The notes under the pieces are model-generated. The model worked only from the letters and a program-made list of their open reading frames with translations, did not search any database and was not told the DNA's origin. Position numbers and translations under genes: made by a program. From Auanema rhodensis (Eukaryota > Animalia > Nematoda), in contig OZ059896.1 of NCBI GenBank assembly GCA_964057225.1, forward strand, positions 5,456,001 through 5,520,000: DNA of 64,000 nt, in the 5' to 3' direction. Positions 41,066 through 56,158 of the stretch are shown in pieces. Position 1 is the stretch's first letter. Every line of letters starts with the position of its first letter.

Positions 41066-44000
41066 ATAACACAGATCGACGCAGCTTAAAAATCCGCATC
41101 GAATGCACTATACTACATTAAGAAACGCTCAATACAAAAATTAGTTATGATTGTTTGAAAAATGATGCATTAGTGTATGTTGAGTTTCCATGTACACTCA
41201 ACATTGCTTCCAAAAACATTTTGACAAACATTTTCCCGAAAAATTTCAGAATAAATTTACAAAAAGTAGATGTTTTTAGATTCCTTTTTTCAAGACAAAG
41301 ACGATGGACATTGTCATTCAACAAAAAAATTAATTCTTCACGGTGAAAATCTAGGATATAAGTGTGAACCTATATCAGTTGATATCTCGGTGCATTTTCA
41401 AGCTAGCGCAAATCTGATAACACAGATCGACGCAGCTTAAAAATCCGCATCGAATGCACTATACTACATGGAGAAACGCTCAATACAAAAATTAGTTATG
41501 ATCGTTTGAAAAATGATGCATTAGTGTATGTTGAGTTTCCATGTACAATCAACATTGCTTCCAAAAACATTTTGACAAAAATTTTCCCGAAAAATTTCAA
41601 AATAATTTCACAAAAAGTAGATGTTTTTAGATTCCTTTTTTCAAGACAAAGACGATGGACATTGTTATTCAACAAAAAAATTAATTCTTCAGGGTGAAAA
41701 TCGAGGATATAAGTGTGAACTTATATCAGTTGATATCTCGGTGCATTTTTAAGCTAGCGCAAATCTGATAACACAGATCGACGCAGCTTAAAAATCCGCA
41801 TCGAATGCACTATACTACATGGAGAAACGCTCAATACAAAAATTAGTTATGATCGTTTGAAAAATGATGCATTAGTGTATGTTGAGTTTCCATGTACACT
41901 CAACAATGCTTCCAAAAACATTTTGACAAAAATTTTCCCGAAAAATTTCAAAATAATTTCACAAAAAGTGGATGTTTTTAGATTCCTTTTTTCAAGACAA
42001 AGACGATGGACATTGTTATTCAACAAAAAAATTAATTCTTCACGGTGAAAATCGAGGATATAAGTGTGAACCTATATCAGTTGATATCTCGGTGCATTTT
42101 CAAGCTAGCGCAAATCTGATAACACAGATCGACGCAGCTTAAAAATCCGCATCGAATGCACTATACTACATTAAGAAAAGCTTAATACAAAAATTAGTTA
42201 TGATCGTTTGAAAAATGATGCATTAGTGTATGTTGAGTTTCCATGTACACTCAACATTGCTTCCAAAAACATTTTGACAAAAATTTTCCCGAAAAATTTC
42301 AAAATAATTTCACAAAAAGTAGATGTTTTTAGATTCCTTTTTTCGAGACAAAGACGATGGACATTGTTATTCAACAAAAAAATTAATTCTTCAGGGTGAA
42401 AATCGAGGATATAAGTGTGAACTTATATCAGTTGATATCTCGGTGCATTTTTAAGCTAGCGCAAATCTGATAACACAGATCGACGCAGCTTAAAAATCCG
42501 CATCGAATGCACTATACTACATTAAGAAAAGCTCAATACAAAAATTAGTTATGATCGTTTGAAAAATGATGCATTAGTGTATGTTGAGTTTCCATGTACA
42601 CTCAACATTGCTTCCAAAAACATTTTGACAAAAATTTTCCCGAAAAATTTCAAAATAATTTCACAAAAAGTAGATGTTTTTAGATTTCTTTTTTCAGGAC
42701 AAAGACGATGGACATTGTTATTCAACAAAAAAATTAATTCTTCAGGGTGAAAATCGAGGATATAAGTGTGAACTTATATCAGTTGATATCTCGGTGCATT
42801 TTTAAGCTAGCGCAAATCTGATAACACAGATCGACGCAGCTTAAAAATCCGCATCGAATGCACTATACTACATTAAGAAAAGCTCAATACAAAAATTAGT
42901 TATGATCGTTTGAAAAATGATGCATTAGTGTATGTTGAGTTTCCATGTACACTCAACATTGCTTCCAAAAACATTTTGACAAAAATTTTCCCGAAAAATT
43001 TCAAAATAATTTCACAAAAAGTAGATGTTTTTAGATTTCTTTTTTCAAGACAAAGACGATGGACATTGTTATTCAACAAAAAAATTAATTCTTCAGGGTG
43101 AAAATCGAGGATATAAGTGTGAACTTATATCAGTTGATATCTCGGTGCATTTTTAAGCTAGCGCAAATCTGATAACACAGATCGACGCAGCTTAAAAATC
43201 CACATCGAATGCACTATACTACATTGGGAAACACTCAATACAAACATTAGTTATGATCGTTCGAAAAATGATGCATTAGTGTATGTTGAGTTTCCATGTA
43301 CACTCAACATTGCTTCCAAAAACATTTTGACAAAAATTTTCCCGAAAAATTTCAAAATAATTTCACAAAAAGTAGATGTTTTTAGATTCCTTTTTTCAAG
43401 ACAAAGACGATGGACATTGTTATTCAACAAAAAAATTAATTCTTCAGGGTGAAAATCGAGGATATAAGTGTGAGCTTATATCAGTTGATATCTCGGTGCA
43501 TTTTTAAGCTAGCGCAAATCTGATAACACAGATCGACGCAGCTTAAAAATCCACATCGAATGCACTATACTACATTGGGAAACACTCAATACAAACATTA
43601 GTTATGATCGTTTGAAAAATGATGCATTAGTGTATGTTGAGTTTCCATGTACACTCAACATTGCTTCCAAAAACATTTTGACAAAAATTTTCCCGAAAAA
43701 TTTCAAAATAATTTCACAAAAAGTAGATGTTTTTAGATTCCTTTTTTCAAGACAAAGACGATGGACATTGTTATTCAACAAAAAAATTAATTCTTCAGGG
43801 TGAAAATCGAGGATATAAGTGTGAACCTATATCAGTTGATATCTTGGTGCATTTTCAAGCTAGCGCAAATCTGATAACACAGATCGACGCAGCTTAAAAA
43901 TCCGCATCGAATGCACTATACTACATGGAGAAACGCTCAATACAAAAATTAGTTATGATCGTTTGAAAAATGATGCATTAGTGTATGTTGAGTTTCCATG

Positions 44001-47000
44001 TACACTCAACAATGCTTCCAAAAACATTTTGACAAAAATTTTCCCGAAAAATTTCAAAATAATTTCACAAAAAGTAGATGTTTTTAGATTCCTTTTTTCA
44101 AGACAAAGACGATGGACATTGTTATTCAACAAAAAAATTAATTCTTCAGGGTGAAAATCGAGGATATAAGTGTGAACTTATATCAGTTGATATCTCGGTG
44201 CATTTTTAAGCTAGCGCAAATCTGATAACACAGATCGACGCAGCTTAAAAATCCGCATCGAATGCACTATACTACATTAAGAAAAGCTTAATACAAAAAT
44301 TAGTTATGATCGTTTGAAAAATGATGCATTAGTGTATGTTGAGTTTCCATGTACACTCAACATTGCTTCCAAAAACATTTTGACAAAAATTTTCCCGAAA
44401 AATTTCAAAATAATTTCACAAAAAGTAGATGTTTTTAGATTTCTTTTTTCAAGACAAAGACGATGGACATTGTTATTCAACAAAAAAATTAATTCTTCAG
44501 GGTGAAAATCGAGGATATAAGTGTGAACTTATATCAGTTGATATCTCGGTGCATTTTTAAGCTAGCGCAAATCTGATAACACAGATCGACGCAGCTTAAA
44601 AATCCACATCGAATGCACTATACTACATTAAGAAACGCTCAATACAAAAATTAGTTATGATTGTTTGAAAAATGATGCATTAGTGTATGTTGAGTTTCCA
44701 TGTACACTCAACATTGCTTCCAAAAACATTTTGACAAACATTTTCCCGAAAAATTTCAGAATAAATTTACAAAAAGTAGATGTTTTTAGATTCCTTTTTT
44801 CAAGACAAAGACGATGGACATTGTCATTCAACAAAAAAATTAATTCTTCACGGTGAAAATCTAGGATATAAGTGTGAACCTATATCAGTTGATATCTCGG
44901 TGCATTTTCAAGCTAGCGCAAATCTGATAACACAGATCGACGCAGCTTAAAAATCCGCATCGAATGCACTATACTACATGGAGAAACGCTCAATACAAAA
45001 ATTAGTTATGATCGTTTGAAAAATGATGCATTAGTGTATGTTGAGTTTCCATGTACAATCAACATTGCTTCCAAAAACATTTTGACAAAAATTTTCCCGA
45101 AAAATTTCAAAATAATTTCACAAAAAGTAGATGTTTTTAGATTCCTTTTTTCAAGACAAAGACGATGGACATTGTTATTCAACAAAAAAATTAATTCTTC
45201 AGGGTGAAAATCGAGGATATAAGTGTGAACTTATATCAGTTGATATCTCGGTGCATTTTTAAGCTAGCGCAAATCTGATAACACAGATCGACGCAGCTTA
45301 AAAATCCGCATCGAATGCACTATACTACATGGAGAAACGCTCAATACAAAAATTAGTTATGATCGTTTGAAAAATGATGCATTAGTGTATGTTGAGTTTC
45401 CATGTACACTCAACAATGCTTCCAAAAACATTTTGACAAAAATTTTCCCGAAAAATTTCAAAATAATTTCACAAAAAGTGGATGTTTTTAGATTCCTTTT
45501 TTCAAGACAAAGACGATGGACATTGTTATTCAACAAAAAAATTAATTCTTCACGGTGAAAATCGAGGATATAAGTGTGAACCTATATCAGTTGATATCTC
45601 GGTGCATTTTCAAGCTAGCGCAAATCTGATAACACAGATCGACGCAGCTTAAAAATCCGCATCGAATGCACTATACTACATTAAGAAAAGCTTAATACAA
45701 AAATTAGTTATGATCGTTTGAAAAATGATGCATTAGTGTATGTTGAGTTTCCATGTACACTCAACATTGCTTCCAAAAACATTTTGACAAAAATTTTCCC
45801 GAAAAATTTCAAAATAATTTCACAAAAAGTAGATGTTTTTAGATTCCTTTTTTCGAGACAAAGACGATGGACATTGTTATTCAACAAAAAAATTAATTCT
45901 TCAGGGTGAAAATCGAGGATATAAGTGTGAACTTATATCAGTTGATATCTCGGTGCATTTTTAAGCTAGCGCAAATCTGATAACACAGATCGACGCAGCT
46001 TAAAAATCCGCATCGAATGCACTATACTACATTAAGAAAAGCTCAATACAAAAATTAGTTATGATCGTTTGAAAAATGATGCATTAGTGTATGTTGAGTT
46101 TCCATGTACACTCAACATTGCTTCCAAAAACATTTTGACAAAAATTTTCCCGAAAAATTTCAAAATAATTTCACAAAAAGTAGATGTTTTTAGATTTCTT
46201 TTTTCAGGACAAAGACGATGGACATTGTTATTCAACAAAAAAATTAATTCTTCAGGGTGAAAATCGAGGATATAAGTGTGAACTTATATCAGTTGATATC
46301 TCGGTGCATTTTTAAGCTAGCGCAAATCTGATAACACAGATCGACGCAGCTTAAAAATCCGCATCGAATGCACTATACTACATTAAGAAAAGCTCAATAC
46401 AAAAATTAGTTATGATCGTTTGAAAAATGATGCATTAGTGTATGTTGAGTTTCCATGTACACTCAACATTGCTTCCAAAAACATTTTGACAAAAATTTTC
46501 CCGAAAAATTTCAAAATAATTTCACAAAAAGTAGATGTTTTTAGATTTCTTTTTTCAAGACAAAGACGATGGACATTGTTATTCAACAAAAAAATTAATT
46601 CTTCAGGGTGAAAATCGAGGATATAAGTGTGAACTTATATCAGTTGATATCTCGGTGCATTTTTAAGCTAGCGCAAATCTGATAACACAGATCGACGCAG
46701 CTTAAAAATCCACATCGAATGCACTATACTACATTGGGAAACACTCAATACAAACATTAGTTATGATCGTTCGAAAAATGATGCATTAGTGTATGTTGAG
46801 TTTCCATGTACACTCAACATTGCTTCCAAAAACATTTTGACAAAAATTTTCCCGAAAAATTTCAAAATAATTTCACAAAAAGTAGATGTTTTTAGATTCC
46901 TTTTTTCAAGACAAAGACGATGGACATTGTTATTCAACAAAAAAATTAATTCTTCAGGGTGAAAATCGAGGATATAAGTGTGAGCTTATATCAGTTGATA

Positions 47001-48085
47001 TCTCGGTGCATTTTTAAGCTAGCGCAAATCTGATAACACAGATCGACGCAGCTTAAAAATCCACATCGAATGCACTATACTACATTGGGAAACACTCAAT
47101 ACAAACATTAGTTATGATCGTTTGAAAAATGATGCATTAGTGTATGTTGAGTTTCCATGTACACTCAACATTGCTTCCAAAAACATTTTGACAAAAATTT
47201 TCCCGAAAAATTTCAAAATAATTTCACAAAAAGTAGATGTTTTTAGATTCCTTTTTTCAAGACAAAGACGATGGACATTGTTATTCAACAAAAAAATTAA
47301 TTCTTCAGGGTGAAAATCGAGGATATAAGTGTGAACCTATATCAGTTGATATCTTGGTGCATTTTCAAGCTAGCGCAAATCTGATAACACAGATCGACGC
47401 AGCTTAAAAATCCGCATCGAATGCACTATACTACATGGAGAAACGCTCAATACAAAAATTAGTTATGATCGTTTGAAAAATGATGCATTAGTGTATGTTG
47501 AGTTTCCATGTACACTCAACAATGCTTCCAAAAACATTTTGACAAAAATTTTCCCGAAAAATTTCAAAATAATTTCACAAAAAGTAGATGTTTTTAGATT
47601 CCTTTTTTCAAGACAAAGACGATGGACATTGTTATTCAACAAAAAAATTAATTCTTCAGGGTGAAAATCGAGGATATAAGTGTGAACTTATATCAGTTGA
47701 TATCTCGGTGCATTTTTAAGCTAGCGCAAATCTGATAACACAGATCGACGCAGCTTAAAAATCCGCATCGAATGCACTATACTACATTAAGAAAAGCTTA
47801 ATACAAAAATTAGTTATGATCGTTTGAAAAATGATGCATTAGTGTATGTTGAGTTTCCATGTACACTCAACATTGCTTCCAAAAACATTTTGACAAAAAT
47901 TTTCCCGAAAAATTTCAAAATAATTTCACAAAAAGTAGATGTTTTTAGATTTCTTTTTTCAAGACAAAGACGATGGACATTGTTATTCAACAAAAAAATT
48001 AATTCTTCAGGGTGAAAATCGAGGATATAAGTGTGAACTTATATCAGTTGATATCTCGGTGCATTTTTAAGCTAGCGCAAATCTG
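41066..48085. repeat. 10-monomer tandem duplication (3510 bp period)
   Basis: Private marks repeat in order at +3510: AACATTTT/CAGAATAAATTTA/AATCTAGG, TACAATC, GTGGAT, TTCGAGA, TCAGGAC, GTTCGAAA+GAGCTT, TCTTGG (ORF starts 41155-44314 vs 44665-47824). Confidence 0.93.
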
Positions 48086-51000
48086 ATAACACAGATCGAC
48101 GCAGCTTAAAAATCCACATCGAATGCACTATACTACATTGGGAAACACTCAATACAAACATTAGTTATGATCGTTTGAAAAATGATGCATTAGTGTATGT
48201 TGAGTTTCCATGTACACTCAACATTGCTTCCAAAAACATTTTGACAAAAATTTTCCCGAAAAATTTCAAAATAATTTCACAAAAAGTAGATGTTTTTAGA
48301 TTCCTTTTTTCAAGACAAAGACGATGGACATTGTTATTCAACAAAAAAATTAATTCTTCAGGGTGAAAATCGAGGATATAAGTGTGAACCTATATCAGTT
48401 GATATCTTGGTGCATTTTCAAGCTAGCGCAAATCTGATAACATAGATCGACGCAGCTTAAAAATCCGCATCGAATGCACTATACTACATGGAGAAACGCT
48501 CAATACAAAAATTAGTTATGATCGTTTGAAAAATGATGCATTAGTGTATGTTGAGTTTCCATGTACACTCAACAATGCTTCCAAAAACATTTTGACAAAA
48601 ATTTTCCCGAAAAATTTCAAAATAATTTCACAAAAAGTAGATGTTTTTAGATTCCTTTTTTCAAGACAAAGACGATGGACAATGTTATTCAACGAAAAAA
48701 TTAAATCTTCAGGGTGAAAATCGAGGATATAAGTGTGAACCTATATCAGTTGATATCTCGGTGCATTTTCAAGCTAGCGCAAATCTGATAACACAGATCG
48801 ACGCAGCTTAAAAATCCGCATCGAATGCACTATACTACATGGAGAAACGCTCAATACAAAAATTAGTTATGATCGTTTGAAAAATGATGCATTAGTGTAT
48901 GTTGAGTTTCCATGTACACTCAACAATGCTTCCAAAAACATTTTGACAAAAATTTTCCCGAAAAATTTCAAAATAATTTCACAAAAAGTAGATGTTTTTA
49001 GATTCCTTTTTTCAAGACAAAGACGATGGACATTGTTATTCAACAAAAAAATTAATTCTTCACGGTGAAAATCGAGGATATAAGTGTGAACCTATATCAG
49101 TTGATATCTCGGTGCATTTTCAAGCTAGCGCAAATCTGATAACACAGATCGACGCAGCTTAAAAATCCGCATCGAATGCACTATACTACATTGGGAAACA
49201 CTAAATACAAAAATTAGTTATGATCGTTTGAAAAATGATGCATTAGTGTATGTTGAGTTTCCATGTACACTCAACATTGCTTCCAAAAACATTTTGACAA
49301 AAATTTTCCCGAAAAATTTCAAAATAATTTCACAAAAAGTAGATGTTTTTAGATTCCTTTTTTCAAGACAAAGACGATGGACATTGTTATTCAACAAAAA
49401 AATTAATTCTTCAGGGTGAAAATCGAGGATATAAGTGTGAACTTATATCAGTTGATATCTCGGTGCATTTTCAAGCTAGCGCAAATCTGATAACACAGAT
49501 CGACGCAGCTTAAAAATCCGCATCGAATGCACTATACTACATGGAGAAACGCTCAATACAAAAATTAGTTATGATCGTTTGAAAAATGATGCATTAGTGT
49601 ATGTTGAGTTTCCATGTACACTCAACATTGCTTCCAAAAACATTTTGACAAAAATTTTCCCGAAAAATTTCAAAATAATTTCACAAAAAGTAGATGTTTT
49701 TAGATTCCTTTTTTCAAGACAAAGACGATGGACATTGTTATTCAACAAAAAAATTAATTCTTCAGGGTGAAAATCGAGGATATAAGTGTGAACCTATATC
49801 AGTTGATATCTCGGTGCATTTTCAAGCTAGCGCAAATCTGATAACACAGATCGACGCAGCTTAAAAATCCGCATCGAATGCACTATACTACATGGAGAAA
49901 CGCTCAATACAAAAATTAGTTATGATCGTTTGAAAAATGATGCATTAGTGTATGTTGAGTTTCCATGTACACTCAACATTGCTTCCAAAAACATTTTGAC
50001 AAAAATTTTCCCGAAAAATTTCAAAATAATTTCACAAAAAGTAGATGTTTTTAGATTCCTTTTTTCAAGACAAAGACGATGGACATTGTTATTCAACAAA
50101 AAAATTAATTCTTCAGGGTGCAAATCGAGGATATAAGTGTGAACTTATATCAGTTGATATCTCGGTGCATTTTTAAGCTAGCGCAAATCTGATAACACAG
50201 ATCGACGCAGCTTAAAAATCCACATCGAATGCACTATACTACATTGGGAAACACTCAATACAAAAATTAGTTATGATCGTTTGAAAAATGATGCATTAGT
50301 GTATGTTGAGTTTCCATGTACACTCAACATTGCTTCCAAAAACATTTTGACAAAAATTTTCCCGAAAAATTTCAAAATAATTTCACAAAAAGTAGATGTT
50401 TTTAGATTCCTTTTTTCAAGACAAAGACGATGGACATTGTTATTCAACAAAAAAATTAATTCTTCAGGGTGAAAATCGAGGATATAAGTGTGAACTTATA
50501 TCAGTTGATATCTCGGTGCATTTTTAAGCTAGCGCAAATCTGATAACACAGATCGACGCAGCTTAAAAATCCACATCGAATGCACTATACTACATTGGGA
50601 AACACTCAATACAAAAATTAGTTATGATCGTTTGAAAAATGATGCATTAGTGTATGTTGAGTTTCCATGTACACTCAACATTGCTTCCAAAAACATTTTG
50701 ACAAAAATTTTCCCGAAAAATTTCAAAATAATTTCACAAAAAGTAGATGTTTTTAGATTCCTTTTTTCAAGACAAAGACGATGGACATTGTTATTCAACA
50801 AAAAAATTAATTCTTCAGGGTGCAAATCGAGGATATAAGTGTGAACTTATATCAGTTGATATCTCGGTGCATTTTTAAGCTAGCGCAAATCTGATAACAC
50901 AGATCGACGCAGCTTAAAAATCCACATCGAATGCACTATACTACATTGGGAAACACTCAATACAAAAATTAGTTATGATCGTTTGAAAAATGATGCATTA

Positions 51001-54000
51001 GTGTATGTTGAGTTTCCATGTACACTCAACATTGCTTCCAAAAACATTTTGACAAAAATTTTCCCGAAAAATTTCAAAATAATTTCACAAAAAGTAGATG
51101 TTTTTAGATTCCTTTTTTCAAGACAAAGACGATGGACATTGTTATTCAACAAAAAAATTAATTCTTCAGGGTGAAAATCGAGGATATAAGTGTGAACTTA
51201 TATCAGTTGATATCTCGGTGCATTTTTAAGCTAGCGCAAATCTGATAACACAGATCGACGCAGCTTAAAAATCCACATCGAATGCACTATACTACATTGG
51301 GAAACACTCAATACAAAAATTAGTTATGATCGTTTGAAAAATGATGCATTAGTGTATGTTGAGTTTCCATGTACACTCAACATTGCTTCCAAAAACATTT
51401 TGACAAAAATTTTCCCGAAAAATTTCAAAATAATTTCACAAAAAGTAGATGTTTTTAGATTCCTTTTTTCAAGACAAAGACGATGGACATTGTTATTCAA
51501 CAAAAAAATTAATTCTTCACGGTGAAAATCGAGGATATAAGTGTGAACTTATATCAGTTGATATCTCGGTGCATTTTTAAGCTAGCGCAAATCTGATAAC
51601 ACAGATCGACGCAGCTTAAAAATCCACATCGAATGCACTATACTACATTGGGAAACACTAAATACAAAAATTAGTTATGATCGTTTGAAAAATGATGCAT
51701 TAGTGTATGTTGAGTTTCCATGTACACTCAACATTGCTTCCAAAAACATTTTGACAAAAATTTTCCCGAAAAATTTCAAAATAATTTCACAAAAAGTAGA
51801 TGTTTTTAGATTCCTTTTTTCAAGACAAAGACGATGGACATTGTTATTCAACAAAAAAATTAATTCTTCAGGGTGAAAATCGAGGATATAAGTGTGAACT
51901 TATATCAGTTGATATCTCGGTGCATTTTTAAGCTAGCGCAAATCTGATAACACAGATCGACGCAGCTTAAAAATCCACATCGAATGCACTATACTACATT
52001 GGGAAACACTCAATACAAAAATTAGTTATGATCGTTTGAAAAATGATGCATTAGTGTATGTTGAGTTTCCATGTACACTCAACATTGCTTCCAAAAACAT
52101 TTTGACAAAAATTTTCCCGAAAAATTTCAAAATAATTTCACAAAAAGTAGATGTTTTTAGATTCCTTTTTTCAAGACAAAGACGATGGACATTGTTATTC
52201 AACAAAAAAATTAATTCTTCACGGTGAAAATCGAGGATATAAGTGTGAACCTATATCAGTTGATATCTCGGTGCATTTTCAAGCTAGCGCGAATCTGATA
52301 ACACAGATCGACGCAGCTTAAAAATCCGCATCGAATGCACTATACTACATGGAGAAACGCTCAATACAAAAATTAGTTATGATCGTTTGAAAAATGATGC
52401 TTTAGTGTATGTTGAGTTTCCATGTACACTCAACATTACTTCCAAAAACATTTTGACAAAAATTTTCCCGAAAAATTTCAAAATAATTTCACAAAAAGTA
52501 GATGTTTTTAGATTCCTTTTTTCAAGACAAAGACGATGGACATTGTTATTCAACAAAAAAATTAATTCTTCAGGGTGAAAATCGAGGATATAAGTGTGAA
52601 CTTATATCAGTTGATATCTCGGTGCATTTTTAAGCTAGCGCAAATCTGATAACACAGATCGACGCAGCTTAAAAATCCACATCGAATGCACTATACTACA
52701 TTGGGAAACACTAAATACAAAAATTAGTTATGATCGTTTGAAAAATGATGCATTAGTGTATGTTGAGTTTCCATGTACACTCAACATTGCTTCCAAAAAC
52801 ATTTTGACAAAAATTTTCCCGAAAAATTTCAAAATAATTTCACAAAAAGTAGATGTTTTTAGATTCCTTTTTTCAAGACAAAGACGATGGACATTGTTAT
52901 TCAACAAAAAAATTAATTCTTCAGGGTGAAAATCGAGGATATAAGTGTGAACTTATATCAGTTGATATCTCGGTGCATTTTTAAGCTAGCGCAAATCTGA
53001 TAACACAGATCGACGCAGCTTAAAAATCCACATCGAATGCACTATACTACATTGGGAAACACTCAATACAAAAATTAGTTATGATCGTTTGAAAAATGAT
53101 GCATTAGTGTATGTTGAGTTTCCATGTACACTCAACATTGCTTCCAAAAACATTTTGACAAAAATTTTCCCGAAAAATTTCAAAATAATTTCACAAAAAG
53201 TAGATGTTTTTAGATTCCTTTTTTCAAGACAAAGACGATGGACATTGTTATTCAACAAAAAAATTAATTCTTCACGGTGAAAATCGAGGATATAAGTGTG
53301 AACCTATATCAGTTGATATCTCGGTTCATTTTTAAGCTAGCGCAAATCTGATAACACAGATCGACGCAGCTTAAAAATCCGCATCGAATGTACTATACTA
53401 CATTAAGAAACGCTCAATACAAAAATTAGTTATGATTGTTTGAAAAATGATGCATTAGTGTATGTTGAGTTTCCATGTACACTCAACATTGCTTCCAAAA
53501 ACATTTTGACAAACATTTTCCCGAAAAATTTCAGAATAAATTTACAAAAAGTAGATGTTTTTAGATTCCTTTTTTCAAGACAAAGACGATGGACATTGTC
53601 ATTCAACAAAAAAATTAATTCTTCACGGTGAAAATCGAGGATATAAGTGTGAACCTATATCAGTTGATATCTCGGTTCATTTTTAAGCTAGAGCAAATCT
53701 GATAACACAGATCGACGCAGCTTAAAAATCCGCATCGAATGCACTATACTACATTAAGAAACACTCAATACAAAAATTAGTTATGATCGTTTGAAAAATG
53801 ATGCATTAGTGTATGTTGAGTTTCCATGTACACTCAACATTGCTTCCAAAAACATTTTGACAAAAATTTTCCCGAAAAATTTCAAGATAATTTCACAAAA
53901 AGTAGATGTTTTTAGATTCCTTTTTTCAAGACAAAGACGATGGACATTGTTATTCAACAAAAAAATTAATTCTTCACGGTGAAAATCGAGGATATAAGTG

Positions 54001-54052
54001 TGAACCTATATCAGTTGATATCTCGGTTCATTTTTAAGCTAGCGCAAATCTG

Positions 54053-56158
54053 ATAACACAGATCGACGCAGCTTAAAAATCCGCATCGAATGTACTATAC
54101 TACATTAAGAAACGCTCAATACAAAAATTAGTTATGATTGTTTGAAAAATGATGCATTAGTGTATGTTGAGTTTCCATGTACACTCAACATTGCTTCCAA
54201 AAACATTTTGACAAACATTTTCCCGAAAAATTTCAGAATAAATTTACAAAAAGTAGATGTTTTTAGATTCCTTTTTTCAAGACAAAGACGATGGACATTG
54301 TCATTCAACAAAAAAATTAATTCTTCACGGTGAAAATCGAGGATATAAGTGTGAACCTATATCAGTTGATATCTCGGTTCATTTTTAAGCTAGAGCAAAT
54401 CTGATAACACAGATCGACGCAGCTTAAAAATCCGCATCGAATGCACTATACTACATTAAGAAACGCTCAATACAAAAATTAGTTATGATTCTTTGAAAAA
54501 TGATGCATTAGTGTATGTTGAGTTTCCATGTACACTCAACATTGCTTCCAAAAACATTTTGACAAAAATTTTCCCGAAAAATTTCAAAATAATTTCACAA
54601 AAAGTAGATGTTTTTAGATTCCTTTTTTCAAGACAAAGACGATGGACATTGTTATTCAACAAAAAAATTAATTCTTCAGGGTGAAAATCGAGGATATAAG
54701 TGTGAACTTATATCAGTTGATATCTCGGTGCATTTTCAAGCTAGCGCAAATCTGATAACACAGATCGACGCAGCTTAAAAATCCGCATCGAATGCACTAT
54801 ACTACATTAAGAAACGCTCAATACAAAAATTAGTTATGATCCTTTGAAAAATGATGCATTAGTGTATGTTGAGTTTCCATGTACACTCAACATTGCTTCC
54901 AAAAACATTTTGACAAAAAGTTTCCCGAAAAATTTCAAAATAATCTCACAAAAAGTAGATGTTTTTAGATTCCTTTTTTCAAGACAAAGACGATGGACAT
55001 TGTTATTCAACAAAAAAATTAATTCTTCACGGTGAAAATCGAGGATATAAGTGTGAACCTATATCAGTTGATATCTCGGTGCATTTTTAAGCTAGCGCAA
55101 ATCTGATAACACAGATCGACGCAGCTTAAAAATCCGCATCGAATGTACTATACTACATTAAGAAACGCTCAATACAAAAATTAGTTATGATTGTTTGAAA
55201 AATGATGCATTAGTGTATGTTGAGTTTCCATGTACACTCAACATTGCTTCCAAAAACATTTTGACAAACATTTTCCCGAAAAATTTCAGAATAAATTTAC
55301 AAAAAGTAGATGTTTTTAGATTCCTTTTTTCAAGACAAAGACGATGGACATTGTCATTCAACAAAAAAATTAATTCTTCACGGTGAAAATCGAGGATATA
55401 AGTGTGAACCTATATCAGTTGATATCTCGGTTCATTTTTAAGCTAGAGCAAATCTGATAACACAGATCGACGCAGCTTAAAAATCCGCATCGAATGCACT
55501 ATACTACATTAAGAAACGCTCAATACAAAAATTAGTTATGATTCTTTGAAAAATGATGCATTAGTGTATGTTGAGTTTCCATGTACACTCAACATTGCTT
55601 CCAAAAACATTTTGACAAAAATTTTCCCGAAAAATTTCAAAATAATTTCACAAAAAGTAGATGTTTTTAGATTCCTTTTTTCAAGACAAAGACGATGGAC
55701 ATTGTTATTCAACAAAAAAATTAATTCTTCAGGGTGAAAATCGAGGATATAAGTGTGAACTTATATCAGTTGATATCTCGGTGCATTTTCAAGCTAGCGC
55801 AAATCTGATAACACAGATCGACGCAGCTTAAAAATCCGCATCGAATGCACTATACTACATTAAGAAACGCTCAATACAAAAATTAGTTATGATCCTTTGA
55901 AAAATGATGCATTAGTGTATGTTGAGTTTCCATGTACACTCAACATTGCTTCCAAAAACATTTTGACAAAAAGTTTCCCGAAAAATTTCAAAATAATCTC
56001 ACAAAAAGTAGATGTTTTTAGATTCCTTTTTTCAAGACAAAGACGATGGACATTGTTATTCAACAAAAAAATTAATTCTTCACGGTGAAAATCGAGGATA
56101 TAAGTGTGAACCTATATCAGTTGATATCTCGGTGCATTTTTAAGCTAGCGCAAATCTG
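54053..56158. repeat. Local 3-monomer higher-order repeat x2 (1053 bp period)
   Basis: Monomers marked GATTGTTT/CAGAATAAA/CTAGAGC, GATTCTTT and GATCCTTT/AAAAGTTT/ATCTCAC repeat in order (ORF starts 54142/54493/54844 and 55195/55546/55897). Confidence 0.88.

Noticed and set aside
49920-50838. Minus-strand 67-aa ORFs and extended 68-aa ORFs
   Set aside because: Both arise from one SNP (GGTGAA>GGTGCA) copied in a 702-bp dimer duplication; there is no coding evidence.
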